From: a virus
Lineage: Duplodnaviria; Caudoviricetes
Length of the DNA stretch: 64,000 nt
Direction: 5' to 3' (one strand)
Virus record (IMG/VR): IMGVR_UViG_3300021256_004135
Span: 39,596 to 103,595 of that record
Notes under the pieces: model-generated
What the model was told of the DNA's origin: nothing
The model's database searches: none
What the model saw: the letters and a program-made list of their open reading frames with translations, nothing else
Part shown: one piece after another, positions 28,070-37,192 of the stretch
Numbering within the stretch: the first letter of the stretch is position 1
Layout of the letters: every line of letters begins with the position of its first letter
Translations under genes and position numbers: made by a program

Positions 28070-31000
28070 TCAAATCTTTGTCATCTGGAATACACGGTCA
28101 ATAATCGGCAGGAAGAACACCGAGTCGAACAATTCGACCTCCTCGGAGAACTTCTGCTCAACCTGCGATTTATAGTATGTGGCCAGAGGAACGCCCATGT
28201 CCTCATTTGCACAGCGGACATAACTGGTTGTGTCTGCCGTGCTGTCAAGGATTCTTTCCTTCTTGAGCAAGTCAAGAACATCCTTGTACAGAGTGTTGAA
28301 CTGGGCATATTTATCCATCAAAGATTTCTTCAAAGTGCCAAAGTTCTTCGTCATATCCCCGACTTTCTCATAATTGGCGGACATATCGCCCTGATAAACC
28401 TTTTCGGGGACGGACTCCGCATCGGAGCTACGGTACAGACCGCCATAGCAGGTGGCCTCTTTCCTCTCAACGGGGAGTTTGAGTATGACATCATGCTCGC
28501 CACCGAAGACCGAGGCGAACACCTTGTCGATAATCTTCTTGAGAACCTCTCTCTCGGAGCAGATGAAGCCGTCGATATACTTACTGCCGTTTCCGCTGAA
28601 CACGATGGTCTTGGGAGCTGGGCAGTTGTAGTCTTTGAACATCGAGGCCATGTAGAACATAATAGATGTGAAGTGGTATACAAAGACTGGCTTGAAGTCC
28701 TCAGAGAGATGTTGTTTGATGTCGCAGAAGTCGGAGTTGCCCAACCAGAAGTTGATAATGTCCTTGGTCGAGTTGTCATCCACGTTCTTGAAGCAGGTGT
28801 TAAGCTCCTCCAGGTCATCGCGTCTGAATCTCAAACTGTCAGCATAGCGTTTGTAGATACCGTTCTGCTTCTCATTGACGAACTCCACAAAGCCGTTACC
28901 CCACAACACATCGCATCCAAAGTGGACAGAGTTGGCCATAACTGGTTTGTTGTCCTTGAAATAGACAAAGTCGGTGGAACCGCCTCCGATGTCGATAACA
29001 CTGACCGCCTCGGAGTCTTTGATGTAATCCATCTTCTTGAAGTAGTAGTATGGAGCCTCCGACTCGGAATAGCAATCAATCTGGCTCGGCTGAATGCGAA
29101 GGATGCGGGCGGCCTCCTCTTCCCATGCCTTCTTGTAGGCACTACGGATAGTACCAGTAAAGCTCAACGGACGGAACCACACAATGCTTGTACGGTCTAA
29201 ATCACCGTTACGCTGCAATATATCGCACTTGATGATGAGCAACAGTTCCTGGATGAAAAGGCGGATATACTCTCCGTTGTTCTGCCACTTGATGTCGGTT
29301 TTCACGTTCTGGTCGTCATCAGCCATCAACTTCTCATAGAAGAATGCGATGTTGTGGTTGTCAAACAACCTCGGCAAATCCCTCTGGCTCAATATGCCGC
29401 AAAGGGCTGTCCTAATCGGGAACTTGTAATCCTTGCCGTCGATGAACGCGGGCAAGAACTCCGTCTTGATACGCTTCTGTGCTTTCTCGAATATCGACCC
29501 TTCAATACGGCGAGCCAACGAAACCTGCATATCCTCTGGAGTCTCGTGCATGTAACTCACCATCGGGCGGAGCATGGAGAACAGTTCGGGCTTGTTGTTT
29601 CCACCTTCCAGACATCTCGATATAAACGTGTTCGAGGTGCCGAGGTCAATCGCGTACTTGAATGTTGTATTGGTGGCTTCGCTATGCTCCCATTGCGGCA
29701 TCAGAATACCTCTGTCGCCAAGCACATCAACCTCAATCAGGTCGAAGGAGGTATTGTATATCTCGTAGAACTTCGTACCGCCTTCCATTTCTTCGCTCTT
29801 CTGGCGTGAGCGAACCACAGCGGGCAACACACCAAAGTCAGCCTCGTGAGCCTCCCTCTCGTGGATTTGAGCCAGTCCGTTGGCCGACTTCTTGAAGAAC
29901 GAGATAAATATTTGGTCAATGTTGAAGTTCGGAGCATCGGGAGATTCGTCCGCACCGATAACCAACAGTTTGAAGTAGTTGTTCTCTTCGTCTTTATGCG
30001 ACAGAATGTTGGGGAAGAGGCCAAGGTCGAAACTGATGAGAGCCTTCTGCATATCCACTATCCTTCCCATACCTGGCTTCAACTGTTCTTCGGCATATTC
30101 CTTCTTGTAGGTCTCGCCATTGTAGCGCAGCTCAACCGTAACGGAGTTTCTGTTGATATGCAGGTCAGCATCAATGTCCTTGCCATCAAACAAGTTCACA
30201 ATCTCCGGCTTGAAGGGCATCAGATAATCGTAGTCTCTTTCCTTTATATCATTCTGGTATTCTATCGATGCAAATCTCTTTCTGTCTATTCTGTAAGGAA
30301 CCTTGATAAGAGTCGGGTTGAAGTAGCTGTCAATGTCAATCTCATCGGAAGACTTTATCACCAAACCGTTCACAATCAAGTCATCGTTCTGGTCAGTCTT
30401 TATTCCAACCAAGTTCTGTTTGTAGTCGTTGCGGATTTCCTCGTCATTCTTGAAACTGCGAATGTACTCCTTAATGGTTTTGAAACGAGGGTCAATGTCA
30501 TCCGAGCCGAAAAGACGGTACATGTAATTCTTGAAGTCTTTGTCTCGCTCTTCAAACATCTTGATTTCACGGAAATACTCTCCTCCCGATTTCCTGCGGA
30601 TATGAAGATTGTCGTACTGCACTCCGGCGAATACGGTGTGTATAGAAGCATCTTGTTTCTTCAAGGACTTGTCCATGTCAGGGGGAGTAACAAAGCCCGT
30701 CAATGGCGAAGTGCAAGCCAGCAGTTTGTCATGTCCGTCCTCCGTATACACAAGGAAATACAGCTTTTCTTCCCTGATGTCCGTGCTGTAATACTCGTTG
30801 ATGGAGTTGTAAAGCACCGGCATTTTTGCCTTTAAGTAGGCAAGATTCTCGGCGGCATTCCATTCACGAAGCTCCACCTTCTCTCCACTCTTCCATGAGT
30901 TGTTCACATGGTACTTGAGGTTGAAGAGCAACTCATACACATCAAGGATGTCGGAGACCATCTGACGGTATGCGAAACCAGCCTCTTTTTTGCTGCTGAT

Positions 31001-31204
31001 ATGCTCTTCCATTGCTCTACGGAAAGCCTCTTTCGCGACAAAGAAACGGGCGAAGGGGGTCGGCAGGGAGTTCAGCGCGCCGCTGTTATCCGTTTTCTGT
31101 TCAAGAACGGCATCAAGATGTTCCGGCGTTAAACCAGTATCTTCTGCAATCCAGTTAGACCCTTGTATTCCACGGTCTACAATATTCAAATCTATTCTTG
31201 ACAT
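28070..31204 (-). CDS. Large actin/Hsp70-fold (ASKHA) ATPase
   Basis: AIDLGTSNT (phosphate 1), SESEA (connect 1), VIDIGGGSTD (phosphate 2), VFSGNGSK (adenosine). Confidence 0.8.
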   Translation of the reverse strand: MSRIDLNIVDRGIQGSNWIAEDTGLTPEHLDAVLEQKTDNSGALNSLPTPFARFFVAKEAFRRAMEEHISSKKEAGFAYRQMVSDILDVYELLFNLKYHVNNSWKSGEKVELREWNAAENLAYLKAKMPVLYNSINEYYSTDIREEKLYFLVYTEDGHDKLLACTSPLTGFVTPPDMDKSLKKQDASIHTVFAGVQYDNLHIRRKSGGEYFREIKMFEERDKDFKNYMYRLFGSDDIDPRFKTIKEYIRSFKNDEEIRNDYKQNLVGIKTDQNDDLIVNGLVIKSSDEIDIDSYFNPTLIKVPYRIDRKRFASIEYQNDIKERDYDYLMPFKPEIVNLFDGKDIDADLHINRNSVTVELRYNGETYKKEYAEEQLKPGMGRIVDMQKALISFDLGLFPNILSHKDEENNYFKLLVIGADESPDAPNFNIDQIFISFFKKSANGLAQIHEREAHEADFGVLPAVVRSRQKSEEMEGGTKFYEIYNTSFDLIEVDVLGDRGILMPQWEHSEATNTTFKYAIDLGTSNTFISRCLEGGNNKPELFSMLRPMVSYMHETPEDMQVSLARRIEGSIFEKAQKRIKTEFLPAFIDGKDYKFPIRTALCGILSQRDLPRLFDNHNIAFFYEKLMADDDQNVKTDIKWQNNGEYIRLFIQELLLIIKCDILQRNGDLDRTSIVWFRPLSFTGTIRSAYKKAWEEEAARILRIQPSQIDCYSESEAPYYYFKKMDYIKDSEAVSVIDIGGGSTDFVYFKDNKPVMANSVHFGCDVLWGNGFVEFVNEKQNGIYKRYADSLRFRRDDLEELNTCFKNVDDNSTKDIINFWLGNSDFCDIKQHLSEDFKPVFVYHFTSIMFYMASMFKDYNCPAPKTIVFSGNGSKYIDGFICSEREVLKKIIDKVFASVFGGEHDVILKLPVERKEATCYGGLYRSSDAESVPEKVYQGDMSANYEKVGDMTKNFGTLKKSLMDKYAQFNTLYKDVLDLLKKERILDSTADTTSYVRCANEDMGVPLATYYKSQVEQKFSEEVELFDSVFFLPIIDRVFQMTKI

Positions 31205-31207
31205 ACT

Positions 31208-32605
31208 CTATCGGTTTATCTTTTCAGTATAGTTGTTAATGGCCTCGTAAGCAAATTGCAGGAAGAACCTGAACTTGTTACTGTGTTCCTTTGAAACGTC
31301 CTTGTTACTGGCCTTAATCATTTGAAGCAGGTAATAGGAATCATCCTTTGCATCAAGGTCATATCCTTTAATCCAACCGCTCATCTGGCGGAGATTGTCA
31401 TAATGCAACGGAGCGAAAGCTCGCTTGTTCTGCGAAAGTTCGCTATACCACTTGTAGTATATGTCCGTGAACTTTACCAGAGACTGGAATGTGGCATCCT
31501 TGTAGAAGTCACCGTTGAAGCCTCGATTGGTCGCCAACGGGAAGAAGCTCTCGTGAGGCAACGTCTCTATCATAGCTCTTAACAACATGTAGTCAGCAAC
31601 ACTCTTGACCACATCCTTATAGCCAGTTCCCATAGAAGCCAAATCCAGCGACTCCAAGTCGTCTTCAATTGCCCTGGTCAGGAACTGCTGTCTGTCGGGT
31701 TTCTCTCGTTTGAGGAAGTCGAAGAGGGCGGAAGCGGCCACCAACTCTATGAAGTTGGCTTTGTCATCCTGCTTCTTCTCATCGTTTTCATAAATCTGTT
31801 TCAGGCTCTTCTCTCCAACATAGTAGAGATAATCCGATTTCACCGTTCCGTGATAATAGGCAAGTGCCGACTTGGTCTTGGTGTAGAAGTTGGCAGAGTC
31901 GATGTCGCTGTTGGACAGCATCGGGTCTTTCAGTCCATAGTAGGGAAGGACTGTCACAGCGCCCATAGTGGCGTTCTTCACAGCGGGTTCGTTCTGCGCC
32001 AGACGGATTTTCTTCTCCAGCAGGGGGTATCCAGAAGCACCTGTGCCGCCGAAGATGGAACTGATGATGAACACTCTGTCTTCCTTCTCGCATTGCTGCT
32101 TGAACGACTTGAACCAGTCCGCACCCTCAATCATGTCACCCAGTACCACGGTGCCCACATTGGGGTTGCCCTTGAAACCGACTGACAAAGGATTGTTGAG
32201 GTTCTTTGTGGAGAACATCGTCTCCACAAGATAGTTGTTGATATTGCTGGCATCGAGGTTGGCCACGTCGATATAGGAACGGAACTTCTCCTGGCTTCCA
32301 GCGTTCTGCTGGGTGTCGTTGGAAATGCCGTTCAGCTCGTTGATAGTGCGAATCTCCGAATTGAAGAAACCTTTTAACGGATTGAGCGTGGATGTACCGT
32401 TGTTATTGGAACGCTTGTAGATTTCCTCGTATGTCTCAAGGAGCGAATGCAAGTTCTTCTTCTCCTCCAAATCCAAATGGGGGTCAAGAATCACGGGAAC
32501 GACGGTGTAGCCATTGGTACTCATACCGCCAGCCATAAGCATGGTTATGCTTTTCATCACACGGATGCCCGTGCCTCCAACACAAAAAACAAAGACTTTC
32601 TTCAT
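31208..32605 (-). CDS. Divergent tubulin/FtsZ-like GTPase
   Basis: CVGGTG N-terminal loop, GFKGNPNVG, SIFGGTGASG tubulin signature. Confidence 0.85.
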   Translation of the reverse strand: MKKVFVFCVGGTGIRVMKSITMLMAGGMSTNGYTVVPVILDPHLDLEEKKNLHSLLETYEEIYKRSNNNGTSTLNPLKGFFNSEIRTINELNGISNDTQQNAGSQEKFRSYIDVANLDASNINNYLVETMFSTKNLNNPLSVGFKGNPNVGTVVLGDMIEGADWFKSFKQQCEKEDRVFIISSIFGGTGASGYPLLEKKIRLAQNEPAVKNATMGAVTVLPYYGLKDPMLSNSDIDSANFYTKTKSALAYYHGTVKSDYLYYVGEKSLKQIYENDEKKQDDKANFIELVAASALFDFLKREKPDRQQFLTRAIEDDLESLDLASMGTGYKDVVKSVADYMLLRAMIETLPHESFFPLATNRGFNGDFYKDATFQSLVKFTDIYYKWYSELSQNKRAFAPLHYDNLRQMSGWIKGYDLDAKDDSYYLLQMIKASNKDVSKEHSNKFRFFLQFAYEAINNYTEKINR

Positions 32606-32613
32606 GTCAGCAA

Positions 32614-33057
32614 CTAAAATTTAAGTAAACGATAAGCATTAGTCGGCAACCAATTACACCATACGACGGAGGTTAAGAGGTATACCAACGTGGCATATAC
32701 AGCATTGCCCAAAGCAATCTTGACTTCGAGCATCAAAGCCCCGTCAAGTTTGGGAGCGGCCACTATGTATTCAAACACCAAGGTCGCAACAAAACTCGCG
32801 ACAAACGTAATGAGCATAAAAATGAGCCAATTCTTGGGCTTGAAATGACGGCCTGGTTTCTCGTTGTATGGACCGTAGTAGCACCATGCGAACAAAATGC
32901 CCAGTACCACGAAGAGGGCTATGATGATAAGCCCGTCGCCCTCCAACTGATGCCAGAAGCCTCTGGCCCTGTTATAGAGAACCTCATTCTCGGAGAATCG
33001 TTTTGTAAAGTCGTTTGCAGATCCTGCAATCCACTTGTAAAAATCCAAATTCTTCAT
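32614..33057 (-). CDS. Small three-TM membrane protein
   Basis: Three hydrophobic segments; 5- and 8-nt gaps to its neighbours. Confidence 0.75.
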   Translation of the reverse strand: MKNLDFYKWIAGSANDFTKRFSENEVLYNRARGFWHQLEGDGLIIIALFVVLGILFAWCYYGPYNEKPGRHFKPKNWLIFMLITFVASFVATLVFEYIVAAPKLDGALMLEVKIALGNAVYATLVYLLTSVVWCNWLPTNAYRLLKF

Positions 33058-33062
33058 TTCGT

Positions 33063-34301
33063 TTAATTCTTCTTGGAGATTAAAATATAATTCGGTTTTA
33101 TTTCATTGGTCAAGCCCCCGAACATTCCCTCACAAAAATCTTTGACAGAGAACGATTTTGTCGGGTCATTCGGATTGGTTGCATCATCAAAGAACTCGCC
33201 CATAAGCGTATACTCCTTATCGGGCAACTCCAGACTCCATTCCAGCACTTCCGAGTCCATAACCATGCCGTACACTTTCAGTATCACCGTGGCTTTGCTG
33301 TTCTTCTTGTCCATCTCGATGCCAGACACCTTTACGAAGGAGCCGTAGGTGCTTTTCACTTTGAACGCAGCCTCGAAGTGTTCCTCATCGGTCATTATCC
33401 AGCGGTAGTTTTCAAGATTGACATTGAGTTTAATCGTGCAGGTGTCGCCCTCCTCCTCATCCTCATATCCAATGAAAGTAGGTTCCTTGTCTTCCATCTG
33501 ATAGCATTTCTGCGGAACACCAAAAGAGTATGCTGGTCTGCCGTAGTCAAAGCCTGCCTCGATATTATCAACGAAACGGTCTGCATTGAAAAGAACAGCG
33601 GAAATAAGATTGCGCACTCTGGCCACCTCCGGTCCATTGCCCATTATCAAGAAGTAATAGGGAGCTCTGCTGGTGACAATTTTTCCTGCTTTGTCTTGGA
33701 AATCAGATGTCGCACAAACCAGACTTGCAGCCTTCCCAAAGTTATAGAACATCTTGGCAATATCACTGCGGTACTGTGTAACCAGAACTTTGGCGGATTT
33801 CATATCGACAGGATCATAGCGCATATCCGACACAAAGACCGCAACCTCTCCGTTGTCGGCATCAAGATTCTCCGTGATGTTGCGAAGCATCTCGGAAACG
33901 ACCGTCGAGTTGGTGGACACGAATGCGCCGCCGTTCATAGCCTGACGGAAGTCACTCTGCTCCATACGGCGGGGTCTATCTCCTTTGAGGTCTTCCATCA
34001 CATAGATTTCGGACACGGCGGAGCATCTGTTCATAACACTCCATACATCCTCTTTGAAACCAGTCGGTTTATTGGAACGGAAGAAACCGTTCATACTGCC
34101 GGACACCTCAAAATAGAATTTCACTTTCGTGGGTTCCGCTGGAGCGAAGACAACAGAGTCCTGCTGATTATAGATGGCATACCCATCTTCATCAAAATGA
34201 GAGTCATTCTCCGTATTTATAGAGCCACAACCAGTCAGGGTTCCGATGGCTAACGCCAGACCCATAAATGCTGCGCCCAAATGTAAATTTACTTTTCTCA
34301 T
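33063..34301 (-). CDS. Lipoprotein with vWA-like domain
   Basis: Lipobox LTGC; FYFEVSGSM (MIDAS-like) and VFVSD. Confidence 0.7.
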   Translation of the reverse strand: MRKVNLHLGAAFMGLALAIGTLTGCGSINTENDSHFDEDGYAIYNQQDSVVFAPAEPTKVKFYFEVSGSMNGFFRSNKPTGFKEDVWSVMNRCSAVSEIYVMEDLKGDRPRRMEQSDFRQAMNGGAFVSTNSTVVSEMLRNITENLDADNGEVAVFVSDMRYDPVDMKSAKVLVTQYRSDIAKMFYNFGKAASLVCATSDFQDKAGKIVTSRAPYYFLIMGNGPEVARVRNLISAVLFNADRFVDNIEAGFDYGRPAYSFGVPQKCYQMEDKEPTFIGYEDEEEGDTCTIKLNVNLENYRWIMTDEEHFEAAFKVKSTYGSFVKVSGIEMDKKNSKATVILKVYGMVMDSEVLEWSLELPDKEYTLMGEFFDDATNPNDPTKSFSVKDFCEGMFGGLTNEIKPNYILISKKN

Positions 34302-34371
34302 CTTACTCTTTTATATAAATATACATTACTATATATTGTGTACAACAAACTGTTTCTTAATTTATTACAAA

Positions 34372-34405
34372 TTGCCCTACTGACAATATCAATAGGGCAA
34401 ATATA
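34372..34405 (-). promoter_or_regulatory. TAnnTTTG promoter element with adjacent inverted repeat upstream of the tubulin/ZorAB operon
   Basis: gcaaatata (= TATATTTGC on minus) at 34397-34405; ttgccctactga-N5-tcaatagggcaa at 34372-34400. Confidence 0.5.
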
Positions 34406-34467
34406 CGAATAATATTCGGATTATTTTTGAATCTTTTTGCTATTCTGAGTAAAAATATTATAAAACA

Positions 34468-34848
34468 CTAATATTCAACCACTTCCTCCATTGCTTCATC
34501 ATAAGCCGACAAAGCCTCTTCCATTACCTTCTCATTCGCATCCAGATACTGGTCTATCCGCTCGTCTGTAAGCTCTTCATTCATGGCACTTCCCATCTCG
34601 TGCATACTCTTCAACAGCGTTCCAGTCATCTTGCTGGCGGCACCTCCTGTGGAGATGTCCAATATGCGCATATACTGTTCTTTAGTGAGGCTCTCCTCAT
34701 CTATCTCATAAAGAATAGATGTGGCATCATCATACCGGCCTTCGTTAATGGCCTCCTCATACCTGTCAATTATTCTGTCATTGTTTTTGCAGGACACTGA
34801 AACCAATGACAACAACAACACGCTGAAAACAAAGATAATCTTTTTCAT
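34468..34848 (-). CDS. Hypothetical lipoprotein
   Basis: MKK, hydrophobic stretch and SVSC lipobox. Confidence 0.7.
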   Translation of the reverse strand: MKKIIFVFSVLLLSLVSVSCKNNDRIIDRYEEAINEGRYDDATSILYEIDEESLTKEQYMRILDISTGGAASKMTGTLLKSMHEMGSAMNEELTDERIDQYLDANEKVMEEALSAYDEAMEEVVEY

Positions 34849-35171
34849 ATTTCATTATTTTTTAATTGTTTACGAAACACGTACACACAGTATGCAAACC
34901 ATACAGCACCAACTGCATCGACCACAATCCATATCTCCCTGGTCATAAGGATGGGGAGTATCGGATTGAACAGTATTGCGAATAATCCCAATACAAGATT
35001 TCGCCATGCGAAGCCTTCTTCCTTGTTTCCGATGATAGCCAAAACAGAGCCAATGAAGACCACAATACGCACAAAACGATAATAGCCATATTCCCACGGA
35101 AAGCAGCCGAGCAGCAGCGCAACCGCAAGTATGGCCGAAATAAGCCATAAATTCTTCTTTAGACTTTCCAT
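34845..35171 (-). CDS. Small membrane protein (DUF6804-like)
   Basis: YGYYRFVR...ILFNPI...REIWIVVD. Confidence 0.7.
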   Translation of the reverse strand: MESLKKNLWLISAILAVALLLGCFPWEYGYYRFVRIVVFIGSVLAIIGNKEEGFAWRNLVLGLFAILFNPILPILMTREIWIVVDAVGAVWFAYCVYVFRKQLKNNEI

Positions 35172-35220
35172 AAATCTATGTATTTTATTGTGTTATACTC
35201 AATTCAATTTTGGGGTCGTT

Positions 35221-36291
35221 TTAGAAATACTCTATGGTTCTAACCACGGAATATATAAGCTCATCGTTTCGATAAACGTCCTTATGCACCCAGTTCCCTT
35301 CGTCATCATTGCGGTAGCCATACGACATTGTATCAAGAGTTTCACTCGTCCAGTCCTCTTTCCCAAGTTTCTTTTCGGAGACAGTTCTCCTACAAACCAC
35401 AACATCGCCACTGTTATTCAATGATTCCACCGTATGACGGATGCGAATTATATTGCCGCTTTCCAATCTTCCCGACAAGACAGAGCGAACCCCGTCCTGT
35501 GTGCTTTCAAAAAAAGTGTTTCCTTCACTGATGATTGTCCGAAGTTTGACATTGCCCCAATCGTTGTATTCCGTGCGCCTGACGTGGGTCACTCTCCCTT
35601 CTGCATCCATCCACATAAGCATGGTCGGGTTGTTGTCAGCGTCATATTCGATTTTGGACTTGCTCATCAGCGACTCGCTATTTCCAGAGCCAAAGAGGTC
35701 GGGTGTGCCTTTGGTAATATTGTAATGCTCCTCACTAAGCAATATGTTGTTATAATTGCCGCCATACAGATAACGGTATCTCACATGTTCCCCAATTCGT
35801 TCCACAACAACCCCATTCTCATTATAAAGCAATTCGGTCATGTAAGTTCGTCCGCTCGCATACTTCGTGCATTCCCTTGCCCTCACAAGTTTGCCATCCG
35901 GTGAATACTCATTATCGAAAGTATTCTCATCCACGACCGTCTCGGTCTCCATTTTTCCAGTGTCGGGATTGCGTTTCGACTTCTCATACTCATGCTTTTG
36001 CCATGATAATTTACCGTGTTCATCAAATTCGGAAATATAGCTCTCACTAACGATTGGAACATCTGCTTTTGTCGCGGTGTCATACTTGAATTTATATGCA
36101 AAAGCCTTCTCTATTTCTCCATTTCTCCTATACCACACATCACAACTCTTTTCTGCACCGAATATCGATGGAACAAGACTATATTCCTGATGGAACACTT
36201 TCTTTAAGCGCTCGTCGTTCTTATGCCATACCCTTATGGAAACGAACTTGGGTATGGAGAACGTGGGCTTCCCTGTGTATTCAAATTCCAT
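35221..36291 (-). CDS. YD-repeat-like beta-rich protein
   Basis: Recurrent EYD/EYN..G motifs; YRNDDEGNWV C-terminus. Confidence 0.6.
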   Translation of the reverse strand: MEFEYTGKPTFSIPKFVSIRVWHKNDERLKKVFHQEYSLVPSIFGAEKSCDVWYRRNGEIEKAFAYKFKYDTATKADVPIVSESYISEFDEHGKLSWQKHEYEKSKRNPDTGKMETETVVDENTFDNEYSPDGKLVRARECTKYASGRTYMTELLYNENGVVVERIGEHVRYRYLYGGNYNNILLSEEHYNITKGTPDLFGSGNSESLMSKSKIEYDADNNPTMLMWMDAEGRVTHVRRTEYNDWGNVKLRTIISEGNTFFESTQDGVRSVLSGRLESGNIIRIRHTVESLNNSGDVVVCRRTVSEKKLGKEDWTSETLDTMSYGYRNDDEGNWVHKDVYRNDELIYSVVRTIEYF

Positions 36292-36302
36292 TGTCGTGTA
36301 TT

Positions 36303-36602
36303 TTATTCTTTATAGCCAAATTTTGCACGTTCCTCCATCATCTGCCGCATTTCCTTTTCTTTCTCATATTCCCAAGACTCCTCGTCTGTCATCCACCGCA
36401 CATTGAACTCCGCATCCACCATGATGTATATCGGCGGATACCTTGGCTCCACAAGCCTCCCATCAATAAACGAGTCGTACAATCTATAGCCTCGCCAATC
36501 ACCCACATAACTGACATGAAGTGTACCTTTTTCGAGCGGATGGCCATCTTCCTCCTCCATACGTATTATAAACTGCCGTGCTGCAATTACATATCTATCC
36601 AT
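36303..36602 (-). CDS. Hypothetical protein
   Basis: 99-aa ORF in a co-directional run. Confidence 0.55.
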   Translation of the reverse strand: MDRYVIAARQFIIRMEEEDGHPLEKGTLHVSYVGDWRGYRLYDSFIDGRLVEPRYPPIYIMVDAEFNVRWMTDEESWEYEKEKEMRQMMEERAKFGYKE

Positions 36603-36615
36603 ATCTTTTTTCTGT

Positions 36616-36885
36616 TTAATCCCACAATAATTTCATCTCGGTACTCTTCTCCACGTCCTCAATAACCTTCTTGCACTTGGGACATCTCACGGGAGCATCA
36701 TCGGTGAACACCCCTCCGCATTTGCAGTCGAGGTCGCCATCCGTCACCATGTCGAAGTGATTCCATTCTTTTTTTTTGCCACACTTGTCACAATGCAGGA
36801 TCTCCACGCCACGGAAGCCGGAGCCGGTGTTCCATTCAAACTGCTTGCCGCAGTTGGGACATTTCACTTTGAGCGTAGTTCCCAT
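36616..36885 (-). CDS. Small multi-CxxC zinc-ribbon protein (paralogue B)
   Basis: CPNCG, CDKCG, CKCGG, CPKC. Confidence 0.7.
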   Translation of the reverse strand: MGTTLKVKCPNCGKQFEWNTGSGFRGVEILHCDKCGKKKEWNHFDMVTDGDLDCKCGGVFTDDAPVRCPKCKKVIEDVEKSTEMKLLWD

Positions 36886-36889
36886 ACTG

Positions 36890-37192
36890 TCAGCTCAGAC
36901 TGTTGATAATGTTTCTCTCATTGATATGGACATTGCCGTCCACCTTGGCCAAGTTCATAAAATATTCTTTAGCGATATTCCTCTTCTCGTCATCCATCAT
37001 TCCAAACTCGTTCTTCAGGACTGCGAAATCGAGCATATCCATGTGGTCAAATTCGGCAGAGGAAAGTCCAAAATCTTTCATCAAGGATTTGATGTATTCA
37101 ATCTCCCTGGGATGAATGACGGAATCAGCCTCCATTATCATAGTGAGGAGATGTAGTATCGTCCTCTTTTCCTGTTCACTAAACTTACTCAT
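36890..37192 (-). CDS. TerB-like protein
   Basis: Duplicated ADSVIHPRE / VDGNVHINE motif. Confidence 0.75.
   Translation of the reverse strand: MSKFSEQEKRTILHLLTMIMEADSVIHPREIEYIKSLMKDFGLSSAEFDHMDMLDFAVLKNEFGMMDDEKRNIAKEYFMNLAKVDGNVHINERNIINSLS

Noticed and set aside
31208-32605. Cell-division ftsZ or TubZ partition system
   Set aside because: No dcw genes, no FtsZ C-terminal peptide, no TubR or centromere repeats seen
35221-36291. RHS polymorphic toxin
   Set aside because: Only 356 aa, with no RHS core (DPxG) motif or toxin tip
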